Shown here: piece after piece, positions 53,861-63,773 of the stretch
Numbering within the stretch: position 1 is the stretch's first letter
Layout: each line of letters begins with the position of its first letter
Origin: a virus
Taxonomy: Duplodnaviria > Caudoviricetes
Length of the DNA: 64,000 nucleotides
Reading direction: 5' to 3' (one strand)
Virus record (IMG/VR): IMGVR_UViG_3300046318_000318
The notes under the pieces: generated by a model
What the model was told of the DNA's origin: nothing
The model's database searches: none
The model's input: the letters and a program-made list of their open reading frames with translations, nothing else
Position numbers and translations under genes: made by a program

Positions 53861-54433
53861 TTACCACTGCTCAGCCAGCATCTGGGGAGCAACAGGCAGA
53901 CCGTTATACAACAGGTTGCCGGTGTCGTCGCTCAACAGATCCAGCACAGCGATGTTAGCGTGTGCATGGCGCTTAGCCACGGCATCGTCAATGTCAGCCA
54001 CCAAAGAGGTAGGCTTATTAGCGATAGAAGCCCACTCCAGGACCACATCCAGCGACTCATGTTCGCTGATCTTAGCCCAGGCCATGCCAACTGGATCATA
54101 CACGTAAGTGGCAGCGCCGATCAACACGGTGGTGTCAGCAGTAGCGTCCAACACCAAAGCCATCGTAGCGATGCTAGGTGCCAGAGCGTCACGAGCGGTG
54201 ATGTCTGCAACGACCTTCAGTGAAGAAGCAGCAGCCAGACCAGTGGTGATCTTACCGTCGACCATTGTCTCCAGTTCAGCAAACGTAGGTACGTGCTTAG
54301 CAGCGGTACCGGTGCTGTCGGAAACATAGATGTTAACGTCGTCGGTACGAACGGCGTCAGCAACCAAATACAGAGTAGAAGCTTCCAGTACGCCTGGCAG
54401 AGCTGTTACTTTACTAATTTTCAATTGTGCCAT
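53861..54433 (-). CDS. probable abundant virion/fibre-associated protein
   Basis: strong codon bias; N-terminus paralogous to 55628-56200; one HxH repeat. Confidence 0.6.
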   Translation of the reverse strand: MAQLKISKVTALPGVLEASTLYLVADAVRTDDVNIYVSDSTGTAAKHVPTFAELETMVDGKITTGLAAASSLKVVADITARDALAPSIATMALVLDATADTTVLIGAATYVYDPVGMAWAKISEHESLDVVLEWASIANKPTSLVADIDDAVAKRHAHANIAVLDLLSDDTGNLLYNGLPVAPQMLAEQW

Positions 54434-54554
54434 GTTAGGCTCCTATGAAGTTAAAGAGGAAATGAATACCTGAACTAGGTCGAGATCTTGATACTATTAT
54501 CTATAGAACTCTTTTAAGTAACCATGTTCCATATCATTGAGATAAGAATATTCC

Positions 54555-54782
54555 TCAAAAGCAATAAGCTTTAGGTTTAGACTTCTGTAACAATGTTAAG
54601 GAGTTAGGTGCGCCTATATACTTTACTGGTATTCTAACAGAACCTGGACCGCCTATCATAGACCCAGCTGCGATAACAGATTGACTGGGTGAGAAAGGCT
54701 GTAGGTTATTGGTAAGGGTAGAGAATTTTCCAGATGTTTGGTTTACGCTACCAGTTGTTTCTAAAAAGGATACAAAGGCCAT
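54555..54782 (-). CDS. small tail-cluster protein
   Basis: 75-aa ORF coupled to the upstream gene. Confidence 0.65.
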   Translation of the reverse strand: MAFVSFLETTGSVNQTSGKFSTLTNNLQPFSPSQSVIAAGSMIGGPGSVRIPVKYIGAPNSLTLLQKSKPKAYCF

Positions 54783-54785
54783 ATG

Positions 54786-55631
54786 TCACTCCCAAAGAAG
54801 TGCGCATGTGAACTGTGAGTTTAGGTTAGCAAAAGGATCATCCGCCACAGAAATGTACGTTCTAGTTACAGTACCCACAGGTTTGTAAGAAAAGATAGTA
54901 CCTTTAGGCGCTTCACTAACACAGACACCGCACATACCAATAAACGGAACAACTTCAGGCACATTCAAGAAAGATTGATATGCCTGATATTCAGCACTTG
55001 TGGTCAAAGTAGTAGGTGGAAGTCCTGGTAAACACCCATAGCCTACTAAGTGTCTATCGTAAGCTGTGTTTGTGGAGATGCGAACCGATTGCAAACCACC
55101 ACCAATAGGGATTAAGGATCCATAACCTACAGTGCTAATAGCTCCAGAAGCATCTACAGTTTTAGTGCAATTATAAATGCCTATAGGAGATGTTCCATTG
55201 GAACCAGTAGAGGCAAATATTAAGGTAAAGTGATAGCTAGTTACACTGATATAAGTCAAATGCAATTGACTTATGCTAGTGACAGGACGATTATGCGCCA
55301 CAGCTGTTTGAGCTGAAATGGCACCAGTGATGGTGCCGGTGCCACTACTACCTGTACCAGAAGTAATAAAAATCAAAGGGTAATCAAGAGCAGCGCCACT
55401 GCCGTATTCTATTTTAAAAAAGATAGAACTGTCCGGAAGTTTCCAAATTTCATAACCCGCAGCTGTGTTTATAACACTTGGTCTATTGACTGTTGTCCAG
55501 TTAATCTGACCCGTATCTGTGGTTTTGATAAGTCCAGCTGCTGTAAGATTGGAGCTAAGGCCTGATCCCCAAGCTCTAAACCCCGCAGATGTATTATGAT
55601 TAACTACCGCTGAATAATTTAAAGTTGTCAT
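54786..55631 (-). CDS. putative tail/virion protein
   Basis: 281 aa, Thr/Ser/Gly-rich beta composition, in the tail cluster. Confidence 0.6.
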   Translation of the reverse strand: MTTLNYSAVVNHNTSAGFRAWGSGLSSNLTAAGLIKTTDTGQINWTTVNRPSVINTAAGYEIWKLPDSSIFFKIEYGSGAALDYPLIFITSGTGSSGTGTITGAISAQTAVAHNRPVTSISQLHLTYISVTSYHFTLIFASTGSNGTSPIGIYNCTKTVDASGAISTVGYGSLIPIGGGLQSVRISTNTAYDRHLVGYGCLPGLPPTTLTTSAEYQAYQSFLNVPEVVPFIGMCGVCVSEAPKGTIFSYKPVGTVTRTYISVADDPFANLNSQFTCALLWE

Positions 55632-56200
55632 GTAACTATTTCCACAAAGATTCTGATTGACGTGAAGTTGGTATTTGAATCCAATTTAAATCTAAGCACA
55701 TCACCAGCCAAGACGTTTTTATTCCAACCGGTTAAAACTAGATCTTTTAACTTATAGCCGTTAGTGATAATGACTGGATTACCACCTAAGATACTATCTG
55801 CTATTACAGGCGGATAATTATCCACTGTGCTTTTCCAGATATCCATGCTTAGGGATCCAGGACCGCCTTCTGTAAGAATGACAATAGATTTAATCACACC
55901 TGTAGATTTACAGACAGTTGTAGGCATGTCTACTTCTAAAGGATCCAACAGAACTCCGTTATTTGTCCATCCGGCACCCACCATGTAGGTATTACTAGAG
56001 GTAGCTATAATAGCAGAGTTTACATAAGCTATGATGTCGCCATAGTTCAATAAACTTTTTACAGCAGTACCATCTAGATTACTCACCTTCAGTTCTAGAT
56101 CATTAGGTCGATCTATGTCTGAAGATGGTAATAAATACATGGTAGATGGCGTTAGAACAGCAGGTAGTTGGGTAACTTTACTGACGTTCAATTTTGCCAT
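55628..56200 (-). CDS. putative tail-fibre-associated protein
   Basis: C-terminal domain of the type seen at fibre ends (SLSMDIWKSTVDNYPPVIADSI...LAGDVLRF). Confidence 0.6.
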   Translation of the reverse strand: MAKLNVSKVTQLPAVLTPSTMYLLPSSDIDRPNDLELKVSNLDGTAVKSLLNYGDIIAYVNSAIIATSSNTYMVGAGWTNNGVLLDPLEVDMPTTVCKSTGVIKSIVILTEGGPGSLSMDIWKSTVDNYPPVIADSILGGNPVIITNGYKLKDLVLTGWNKNVLAGDVLRFKLDSNTNFTSIRIFVEIVT

Positions 56201-56210
56201 AAACTATCCT

Positions 56211-57317
56211 TTACCACTGAATGTCACCAATGGTGACGGCGTTAAGCACACCACCTAAACCCATAGCGTTGACAATAGTCTCTACTTGGGTTTGCAGATT
56301 TGGAACTGTAAGTTCAGAAGTGATAGCTGTTTGCAAGCCTTGGATCTGGGTAGCCGTGTGTGCGTGTGGTAATACATCATGGACACCAGAAGTGGCATTC
56401 ATGAATGTATCGACATCACGCATGATCACAGACAGAGCTGCATTAAAGTCAGTGACTTGTGCTGCCGTATGCGTGTGAGCGACTGAAGCCAAATTCATAG
56501 TAGAAACGATAGCCTGAACTTCAGAAGCGAAATTCAAGAGATCGGTTACACTATGTTGGTGGCTTGTATTTGCTTTACCAGCTACAGTAGTTTGCAAAGC
56601 TGTGATCAGAGTGCCTAATGCAGTAACATCTGAATTATTGGCTTTACCACCTAGAGTAGCAGTAAGGTTGTTAATCTCAGAGATTTCATGTGTGTGACCC
56701 ACACTAGAGAAACTAGCGATTGCGTTTGTGATCAGAGCCTGAACAAAAGCCGTCAAACCAGAAATTTCACCAGCTGTATGTGTGTGGTTAACGTCAGCTT
56801 TACCGGTAATTTGACTGGCTACATACAGATCAAGACCTGTTATGTCTGTAGTACCGTGGCTATGCACTGCAGCTGCTTTGGTGGCAAGAGCTGTGTTGAT
56901 GTTAGTCACCACAGTCGCCAGACTGTTCAGATCTGCTGCATTGGCCTTATCGGCCAGAGCAGTGACTAATCCCACCACCTCTGTGAGTTGATGAGTATGA
57001 CCTGCTGCTGACAGAGTAGCTGCTAATGCAGTTAACTGATCGGTAATATACTGCACCAGCCCTGGCACATCTGCCATGGCGTGAGTATGGCCCATATTAG
57101 ATTTACCTGCCAGTGCGGCTTGGGTAGCCGTAGAGATAGGTTTATCTGCGTCTGAAGTATTATTGACAAGATCCAGTCCCAGATCAGTTTTAGTGATCAG
57201 AGACTTGATAGCGTTCAAAGTGACACGGTGGTTGACACCACCGATGGCTACTACAGTTTGCTCAAGACCTGATGGGGTCGTAAGCATCAGAAATTCACTG
57301 ATTTTTTTACTAGGCAT
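56211..57317 (-). CDS. tail fibre protein with HxH repeats
   Basis: eight H-x-H-x(2-3)-[DE]-[VI]-x-G-L-type repeats; LGLDLVNNTSDADKPIS motif. Confidence 0.75.
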   Translation of the reverse strand: MPSKKISEFLMLTTPSGLEQTVVAIGGVNHRVTLNAIKSLITKTDLGLDLVNNTSDADKPISTATQAALAGKSNMGHTHAMADVPGLVQYITDQLTALAATLSAAGHTHQLTEVVGLVTALADKANAADLNSLATVVTNINTALATKAAAVHSHGTTDITGLDLYVASQITGKADVNHTHTAGEISGLTAFVQALITNAIASFSSVGHTHEISEINNLTATLGGKANNSDVTALGTLITALQTTVAGKANTSHQHSVTDLLNFASEVQAIVSTMNLASVAHTHTAAQVTDFNAALSVIMRDVDTFMNATSGVHDVLPHAHTATQIQGLQTAITSELTVPNLQTQVETIVNAMGLGGVLNAVTIGDIQW

Positions 57318-57360
57318 AATAACCTCTTTGTTAGTGACTTAGTCAGTCATAGCATGACCG

Positions 57361-57954
57361 TTAAGTCAATGTGCTATAATTTACCTGTAAACGATTACTT
57401 GTACCCATACCTGCTGAGACAAGTCTTTTGACATTACTAGGTAAGGCCATAAGATTTCTCTCTATTTCATAACGTTCTCTTTGTTGTCTGTAGCACAAAG
57501 CACCTGCCTTGATATAAAACAAAAGAACATCTGAAGTAGAAGCAGACTTGACTCGTTTATCGTCTAAGGTCAATAGAGGAGATGTGGCTCCTGGTATGAC
57601 CATGGTATTCTGAGCAGAGATAGTGCTGTCAAAGAACCAGAACTTACAGATGGTATCAGATATATAAGCTACCTGAGGTCTTGCTAATTGATCAAAAGCA
57701 AAAGACAATTCTCTAATATTACTATCAGAGAAAAGAAGACTTGGATTAGACTGATTATCTACCGAAGCTAAGAAAGCTGATAAACCATCTGTCCAGACTC
57801 GCCAAGGCTTAAACATCAATCCTTTTGAAAGATCGGTTAAGCTGGCTGGTCCTATTTCAAAGTCTTCTTTGTTATGTCTTCTGATATTGTTATCCGGAGC
57901 AAGCACACTGGAAACTATGGTGGTGGAGTTAAACAGTATGTTGTCAGGTAGCAT
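57361..57954 (-). CDS. putative tail/baseplate protein
   Basis: 197 aa in the tail cluster; LSFAFDQLARP and LCYRQQRERY motifs. Confidence 0.6.
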   Translation of the reverse strand: MLPDNILFNSTTIVSSVLAPDNNIRRHNKEDFEIGPASLTDLSKGLMFKPWRVWTDGLSAFLASVDNQSNPSLLFSDSNIRELSFAFDQLARPQVAYISDTICKFWFFDSTISAQNTMVIPGATSPLLTLDDKRVKSASTSDVLLFYIKAGALCYRQQRERYEIERNLMALPSNVKRLVSAGMGTSNRLQVNYSTLT

Positions 57955-57955
57955 A

Positions 57956-58894
57956 TCAGACCTTGTCCCAGTTATATCTGAAGGAAATAGTCAAGGACTC
58001 ACTGGCTGACTTAGTTACAGCCTGATCAAATTCATAAATGTGAACAGGATTATGGCCGACTACTATTGTGTCAAAACTAACAACACCTTCAGCTGGTATC
58101 AATGTTCGATAAAAATCTACAAATTTATTACCTGGGACGTATGTCTTTTCATGATCGTAAAAAGCACTACCGTAAGTTTGGAAAAGACTAGGCCAAGATC
58201 CAAGTACATCAGCATAATCCAACTTACCAGTGCAAAAACTTATAACGCCAGGTTTTTGAAATAGATCTGGCTTACCACTATTTAGTAACACATTCTCTTT
58301 ATCTATAAAAGATCTGACTCTACCTGTTCTAGCGACTCCGTTTATGTTAATGCTAAAAGGTTGATTTATGGGACTAAATGATGTTTTTAAATAATAATAA
58401 ACATCTAAGTACTCATCGTTGGCCACAGTCAGTGTGGTTGGATTTCCGTTTGTGTCTTTAATTAACGCTCTGGAAAATACTTTCATTTCCCCAGTTTGTG
58501 GATCACCTTGATATAATCCTATTTCAGTCAAATTACCCGAAACAATACCGGGTGTAAAGTTAGCAACTGCTGATATTTTGTATTCGTAGGGAAAAGTAGT
58601 TTCCTGAATAGGTGTAGGTGTACCATTCCAATTCACATACGTCCAAGCCAATTGACCAGAACCGTCTAACACAGGCTGCTCCAGTTGTAAATTGCTGGCT
58701 GCTGGTGCTGTTGTACCTGTGCCTAAAGCACAATATGTGGGTCTCCAAAAACCACCGGCATTATCTAGTGTAATGCCGAAAGTGGTAATGAGGTTATCAA
58801 AATCTGCTACTATCTCAGACACATCTGAATCTTTTTTACGTTTCGCTATGGTGTAATGTCCAGAGTAAACGTTGTTACCGGTTTTCTTTGTCAT
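57956..58894 (-). CDS. putative tail/baseplate protein, paralogue of 59355-60257
   Basis: shared DNLIT/DNMVV...GTGT/GVGN...FSRALIxDxNGNPTxLTV motifs. Confidence 0.65.
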   Translation of the reverse strand: MTKKTGNNVYSGHYTIAKRKKDSDVSEIVADFDNLITTFGITLDNAGGFWRPTYCALGTGTTAPAASNLQLEQPVLDGSGQLAWTYVNWNGTPTPIQETTFPYEYKISAVANFTPGIVSGNLTEIGLYQGDPQTGEMKVFSRALIKDTNGNPTTLTVANDEYLDVYYYLKTSFSPINQPFSININGVARTGRVRSFIDKENVLLNSGKPDLFQKPGVISFCTGKLDYADVLGSWPSLFQTYGSAFYDHEKTYVPGNKFVDFYRTLIPAEGVVSFDTIVVGHNPVHIYEFDQAVTKSASESLTISFRYNWDKV

Positions 58895-59355
58895 GATTTA
58901 ACAATCGAGGTTAGAGTTAGGGATCTGGTAACTGCATCATCAGCATGCTGATGGTGTATGACCAAGAGTTCTTGTTTTGAAACACCTGTCAATTGAAGAC
59001 TTCTGGTAACAACATCGTCATTTACAGAAGCTTCGTGGTAGGTAAATAGTTGTTTAGATATACTTATCAACTGTAAGCTAGATGTAACTTCCTCAATTGG
59101 AATATTTACCGTATGGAAGTTACTAGCCGCTATACTCACAGATGTCAGTTCAAGACTGCTACTTACAGTATCTGTTGCGCTAGGTATTATGTCTACAGAA
59201 ACATTAACAAGATTGAAACCAGGTTCTATCATGTCAAAAGTTTCTAAGCCGTATAGCTTACTCAATACCTTAGTTAAGGGCTGAGTTTTAAAAGAACTGG
59301 AAACTATGCGAGTTTCAGTATTCTTTTTCAAAGGTCCTGTTGTGTTGATTAACAT
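58891..59355 (-). CDS. tail-cluster protein with short internal repeats
   Basis: four V(T/S)xSL(E/Q/T)L(T/I) repeats. Confidence 0.6.
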   Translation of the reverse strand: MLINTTGPLKKNTETRIVSSSFKTQPLTKVLSKLYGLETFDMIEPGFNLVNVSVDIIPSATDTVSSSLELTSVSIAASNFHTVNIPIEEVTSSLQLISISKQLFTYHEASVNDDVVTRSLQLTGVSKQELLVIHHQHADDAVTRSLTLTSIVKS

Positions 59356-60257
59356 CAGACTACACCTTTCCGCATCCAGCTTGTTTCAATCGCCAAAGAC
59401 AAAGAGTTTTGATCTGTCTTCATGATAGGTGGATTGAACTCTAATTGATAAGCACCCAGAAACCTAGAACTACTTGCTATAAAAATAGTCTTGATCCCGT
59501 TAGGGAAGTTACCTCTGTCTCTATTGAACTTCAGATAGTGAGTTCTCTTATTAGACAAAGGTACGTAAGGATCAGACCTAAACTTATCAGCAGAGTAACT
59601 GGTGTTATAAACCGCAGACTCTAAGTTATCCACCATAGGTGTATCAAACGCAGTGGCGAAGTTACCTGAGTCTGTGTCCAAACCAGTCTTAAGCGGAGTC
59701 CAAGCACTACCTACGTTTAACATACTAGGTCTGATAGTGACTACGGTGTTGATGCCGTTGATCACCATGTTGACTGTAGACTCAGCTGGGTTGACATGAG
59801 TCTCTATCGTGTATGTTACGTTAAGACCTTCGTCTGGTCTTACAGTTAATACAGTTGGATTTCCGTTAAAGTCACGTATCAAAGCTCTTGAGAATATATC
59901 AGCATTAAGTGCATTACCTACTGATATTTCTCTGATAGGTTGTGTGATGTAACCAAATGGAAAAGAAAAAGAAACGTTAGTCTCTAGCACATAGGGTTTA
60001 ATCTGGGAATGACTGAAGCTTATGGCTTCAGTCACCAGACTCGTATGGCTATTCAATACTTCTAGAGATGTATCTGTCGGTAAAGCTGGATTATTACCCA
60101 CACCCACTTGACAGTCAGTAAGTAATACGTTGCTATTACCTATCTGTTCAAGTCCGTTATCGACCACCATGTTGTCGAATACGTGAGTGTTACGGATACC
60201 TTCTTTACCGACTATCTCTAGCTTGTATCTGCCTGAAAGTCGGTGATTGAATTTCAT
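59355..60257 (-). CDS. putative tail/baseplate protein, paralogue of 57956-58894
   Basis: IFSRALIRDFNGNPTVLTV versus VFSRALIKDTNGNPTTLTV. Confidence 0.65.
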   Translation of the reverse strand: MKFNHRLSGRYKLEIVGKEGIRNTHVFDNMVVDNGLEQIGNSNVLLTDCQVGVGNNPALPTDTSLEVLNSHTSLVTEAISFSHSQIKPYVLETNVSFSFPFGYITQPIREISVGNALNADIFSRALIRDFNGNPTVLTVRPDEGLNVTYTIETHVNPAESTVNMVINGINTVVTIRPSMLNVGSAWTPLKTGLDTDSGNFATAFDTPMVDNLESAVYNTSYSADKFRSDPYVPLSNKRTHYLKFNRDRGNFPNGIKTIFIASSSRFLGAYQLEFNPPIMKTDQNSLSLAIETSWMRKGVV

Positions 60258-60258
60258 T

Positions 60259-61803
60259 TTACATGTTCAAAGCGTAACCGACACAATACAGATAAGGCGT
60301 GACTCCATCAAAGGACTCCACCATAAAGCTGAATGTATCGATTTTGTTGTTGATCAAAGTAAGAGCTGGAGCTGCACCATCAGGGAACTTCACGTTAGCT
60401 GGGAATACAAGATCACCACCTTTGTGAATAATAACCACTTTGTAGTCAAAACCTATCCGTGTGAGATCTAAGTTCTGAATATTGAAGTTGGTTACGTTAG
60501 AGATTAACTCTATACGGATAACCTGATGAGTATCTAAATCCCAAGAAACAGTACCCGAAGCTGGCTGTACTTTATTGGTAGTAGAGACTTTCTGTGGTTT
60601 GGTGAAGTTATTCTCTGCGGAAGGAGACATGTAGTCTGTACCAGCAGCAGCTAAAGTCAATATGTTGTTGGTAGTCTTTAACAGACCTGTTCCGGCAACG
60701 TTGATACCACCACCCACACCGCCACCTGTGCTTATTACACTGATGGCGTCTGATAAAGCCACCATATCGGTTATGATACCGTTACCAGTAATACCTGGGG
60801 TGATGCCGTTAACTATGTCTGATAAAGCAGTTAAGCTTGTGATGTCAGCTTTTAAAACATTTATACCATTGACTGTGTCAGTCAATGCATCTAAGGCAAC
60901 CTGACTGGCTTTACTCAGAGAAAGAGCATTTACCGTATCACTTAAGACATCAAGATCTACCTGCGTAGCTTTAAGCTGATTAATTTGATTAACCAAATCA
61001 CTCAATGCATCCAAATCTACTTGACTTGCTTTACCAGCTATCAATACAGAATGCGATTGAATAAGGGTAGTCAGTGCGGTGATTTCAGCATTTATAGCTG
61101 TAAGGTCTACAGTACCGCCACCGCCACCACCGCCCCCAGCTTGTAAGTTTGTTACTGCTGTTTGCAGATTGGTAATGATAGTAGACAAACCAGAAGTGTC
61201 AGCAATAGCGTGTCCATGACCAATAGCTGATTTACCTGCTAAACTGGTTTGGATAGAACCTAAACTATCATTCAGTCCCGATATGCTAGACATGTCATGA
61301 ACATGACTAACAGCTGCTTTACCAGCCAATGCTGGTGATAATCCAGCTATAGTAGTCATGTCGTGTACATGACCAGTTTCAGCTTTCATAGACAAAGTCT
61401 GTGCTAAGAGACTGATATCATCTATAGCGTGCGTATGGCCTAAAGCAGCCTTACCAGCCAACGACAGATCAAGACCACTTATCTCAGAGCTAACGTGCGT
61501 ATGTCCAAAATTAGACTTGCCAGCCAGAGCCGTCATCAAACCTGAGATATCATCTGTAGCTAGGGTATGTGTGTGATTTGCATCAGCTTTACTTAGCAAA
61601 GCAGTCAGCACAGCAGTTGATACTGGCTTATCGGCATCACTTGTGTTGCTGACATTACCCAGACCCACATCTTGTTTAGTGAGTATAGATTTAAAAGTAT
61701 TCAGAGTCATTCGGTAATTCTGATTACCAAATATCAAAGACACTTGTTCCAGACCTGTGGCTGTGGTTAACAGCGAAAAGTCACTTATCTTTCTATTAGC
61801 CAT
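60259..61803 (-). CDS. tail fibre protein with HxH repeats, coiled coil and a distinct C-terminal domain
   Basis: MANRKIS N-terminal module, six HxH repeats, poly-Gly hinge, heptad repeats. Confidence 0.75.
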   Translation of the reverse strand: MANRKISDFSLLTTATGLEQVSLIFGNQNYRMTLNTFKSILTKQDVGLGNVSNTSDADKPVSTAVLTALLSKADANHTHTLATDDISGLMTALAGKSNFGHTHVSSEISGLDLSLAGKAALGHTHAIDDISLLAQTLSMKAETGHVHDMTTIAGLSPALAGKAAVSHVHDMSSISGLNDSLGSIQTSLAGKSAIGHGHAIADTSGLSTIITNLQTAVTNLQAGGGGGGGGTVDLTAINAEITALTTLIQSHSVLIAGKASQVDLDALSDLVNQINQLKATQVDLDVLSDTVNALSLSKASQVALDALTDTVNGINVLKADITSLTALSDIVNGITPGITGNGIITDMVALSDAISVISTGGGVGGGINVAGTGLLKTTNNILTLAAAGTDYMSPSAENNFTKPQKVSTTNKVQPASGTVSWDLDTHQVIRIELISNVTNFNIQNLDLTRIGFDYKVVIIHKGGDLVFPANVKFPDGAAPALTLINNKIDTFSFMVESFDGVTPYLYCVGYALNM

Positions 61804-61820
61804 TTTATCTTCTTTCTAAA

Positions 61821-62984
61821 TCAATAGCCCACAGGCCCTACAGTAGTAGCGTCTAACAGTATCAGATGTAACTTTAAGTTACGCACCCTAAGAAAAGGTT
61901 CCTGACCAGGAACTCTAGAAGATACAATAGCGTGTACTTCTGTATTGACATTTAAAAACCTAGGGTAAGCAACATTCTCTAAAGGTTCGGCATTATAACC
62001 TAAACCTTCAGGATCTTTAGACTGATTATAGAGAGTAGGTATAATCAGCTTACCTATATTTAAGTAATCGGGAACCGTTGATAATTCACCAGTGACAGGG
62101 TCTGTGTTATAGGACATATCACTTTGAAACAGACCCGGTACTTGGTTAAGAAGTACTTCCACTTGATCAAGACCCTCGTTACCTAATACTGGATATTCAG
62201 TTGTTATACTTGCGTCAACAACAAAACAGTCAAAAGGTATATAGAACTTATGTGTTCTATATAGAGTATCCATACTGATACCACCGTCAAAGTTTTCATA
62301 AAACTTAGGTGTCAAGTCTACAGTGTAAGGTATTCTTATCTGCTGGGTAGGGTGAGAGTGATCACCTTTAGCTGCCTCAAGTATTTCACCTGGATTAGGA
62401 TAAACATTAGGGGCGGAAGGAGTACCTGAGAAAAAGGTAACTCCAGAACCAGTGCTTAGTCCGGCTATCTGTGCTTGCAATGTGGCTATCAATGCAAAAA
62501 TATCTGCTATAGTCGTAGTCAATCCAGATACTTCAGATTGAGCGTGGGTGTGTAATACAGCAGCTTTACCCGCTAAGGCGTCCACTAAACCTACTACTTC
62601 AGACAAAGCATGGTTGTGTACAACGGGTGACTTACTAGATAAAGCTGTGTCTAAGCCATCTACTTGAATCATAGGGTGATTATGACTGACGTTAGCTTTA
62701 GTGGCTAAAGTGTCTAATAAACCTAAGATGTCTGCTACAGTGTATACATGGGTGTGATTGACATCCGCTTTATTCATTAAAGCGTTAACAACAGCTGTGG
62801 ATAAAGGTTTGGTAATATCTGAAGTGTTGTCTACATTACCCAACCCTACCATAGCCTTAGTGACTAAAGCAGCTATAGAGTTAAGTGTGACTCTATAGTT
62901 CTCATTACCATATATGACAGCAGCTTGTTCTAAACCACTTAAGGCTGTCAACATTTCAAACTGACTTATTTTTCTATTAGCCAT
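61821..62984 (-). CDS. tail fibre protein with HxH repeats
   Basis: MANRKIS module, VGLGNVDNTSDITKPLS, five HxH motifs. Confidence 0.75.
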   Translation of the reverse strand: MANRKISQFEMLTALSGLEQAAVIYGNENYRVTLNSIAALVTKAMVGLGNVDNTSDITKPLSTAVVNALMNKADVNHTHVYTVADILGLLDTLATKANVSHNHPMIQVDGLDTALSSKSPVVHNHALSEVVGLVDALAGKAAVLHTHAQSEVSGLTTTIADIFALIATLQAQIAGLSTGSGVTFFSGTPSAPNVYPNPGEILEAAKGDHSHPTQQIRIPYTVDLTPKFYENFDGGISMDTLYRTHKFYIPFDCFVVDASITTEYPVLGNEGLDQVEVLLNQVPGLFQSDMSYNTDPVTGELSTVPDYLNIGKLIIPTLYNQSKDPEGLGYNAEPLENVAYPRFLNVNTEVHAIVSSRVPGQEPFLRVRNLKLHLILLDATTVGPVGY

Positions 62985-63050
62985 GATGACTCTTTCCTAT
63001 TTCGTGTTTAATAGATACTAAGCCTTTACAGCTTAGTATCTATGTAAGAA

Positions 63051-63518
63051 TTATTCTGTTAACAGATATTCACCATTCTCGCCTAAGATAGGTGTGCCAT
63101 CTTCAGCTAGGATTAAACTCATCATTTGTTCAGGACAATCATAAAGGAACTGTTCCTTCAGGTAACCTGACTCAAGATGATAAACGTCTAAGGTACCCAG
63201 AGTCACCCAAACTTCATCTTCAGATGTGGCGTTGTGATAAGGTGCGTTTACTTCCAGTTTAAAAGGAAGTAGATTATCGGCTTTACCTATCTTTAAATAA
63301 ATCCGCAAACGTAGAAAGTCATCTGCTCTTGTGGTGTATGCTTCAAAAGCAATAGGGTAATCAGCTTTTTTAGCGATGCAGATCATATCAAAATCTGTAA
63401 CGCGTAGGTTTCTGTTAAACTGATTGTTGAACAGAGTCAACGCCATCAGTTTAATATGGTCATGTTCTTTCATCTGGACCTCTGTTAAATAAGGTTGTCT
63501 TTGACTGATTACAATCAA
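63051..63518 (-). CDS. hypothetical protein of the tail cluster
   Basis: 155-aa ORF; start uncertain (possibly MKEHD). Confidence 0.65.
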   Translation of the reverse strand: MIVISQRQPYLTEVQMKEHDHIKLMALTLFNNQFNRNLRVTDFDMICIAKKADYPIAFEAYTTRADDFLRLRIYLKIGKADNLLPFKLEVNAPYHNATSEDEVWVTLGTLDVYHLESGYLKEQFLYDCPEQMMSLILAEDGTPILGENGEYLLTE

Positions 63519-63623
63519 CTTCTGTAAACGATAAGAGTTATCGCTATAGTCAAAGGATTACTTTTTAAAGAGATGGAACAAAAAAAAAAATAAAAAAGAG
63601 GTGCCCGAATTACCGGGCACCTC

Positions 63624-63680
63624 TTAACCGAAGTAGAACAACCATTCTACTTCGGTCAGGGTGATTTCACGGACTTCCAT
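63624..63680 (-). CDS. 18-aa micro-ORF MEVREITLTEVEWLFYFG
   Basis: SD AAGGAG, own promoter motif upstream, terminator directly after the stop. Confidence 0.55.
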   Translation of the reverse strand: MEVREITLTEVEWLFYFG

Positions 63681-63773
63681 GATAACTCCTTCAGCATAGC
63701 GTATATTCGAATGAATATTTGAACCTAAGCTCAAGTTAAGTATATGTGACTGAAATCTTTTACATGAGGATAA

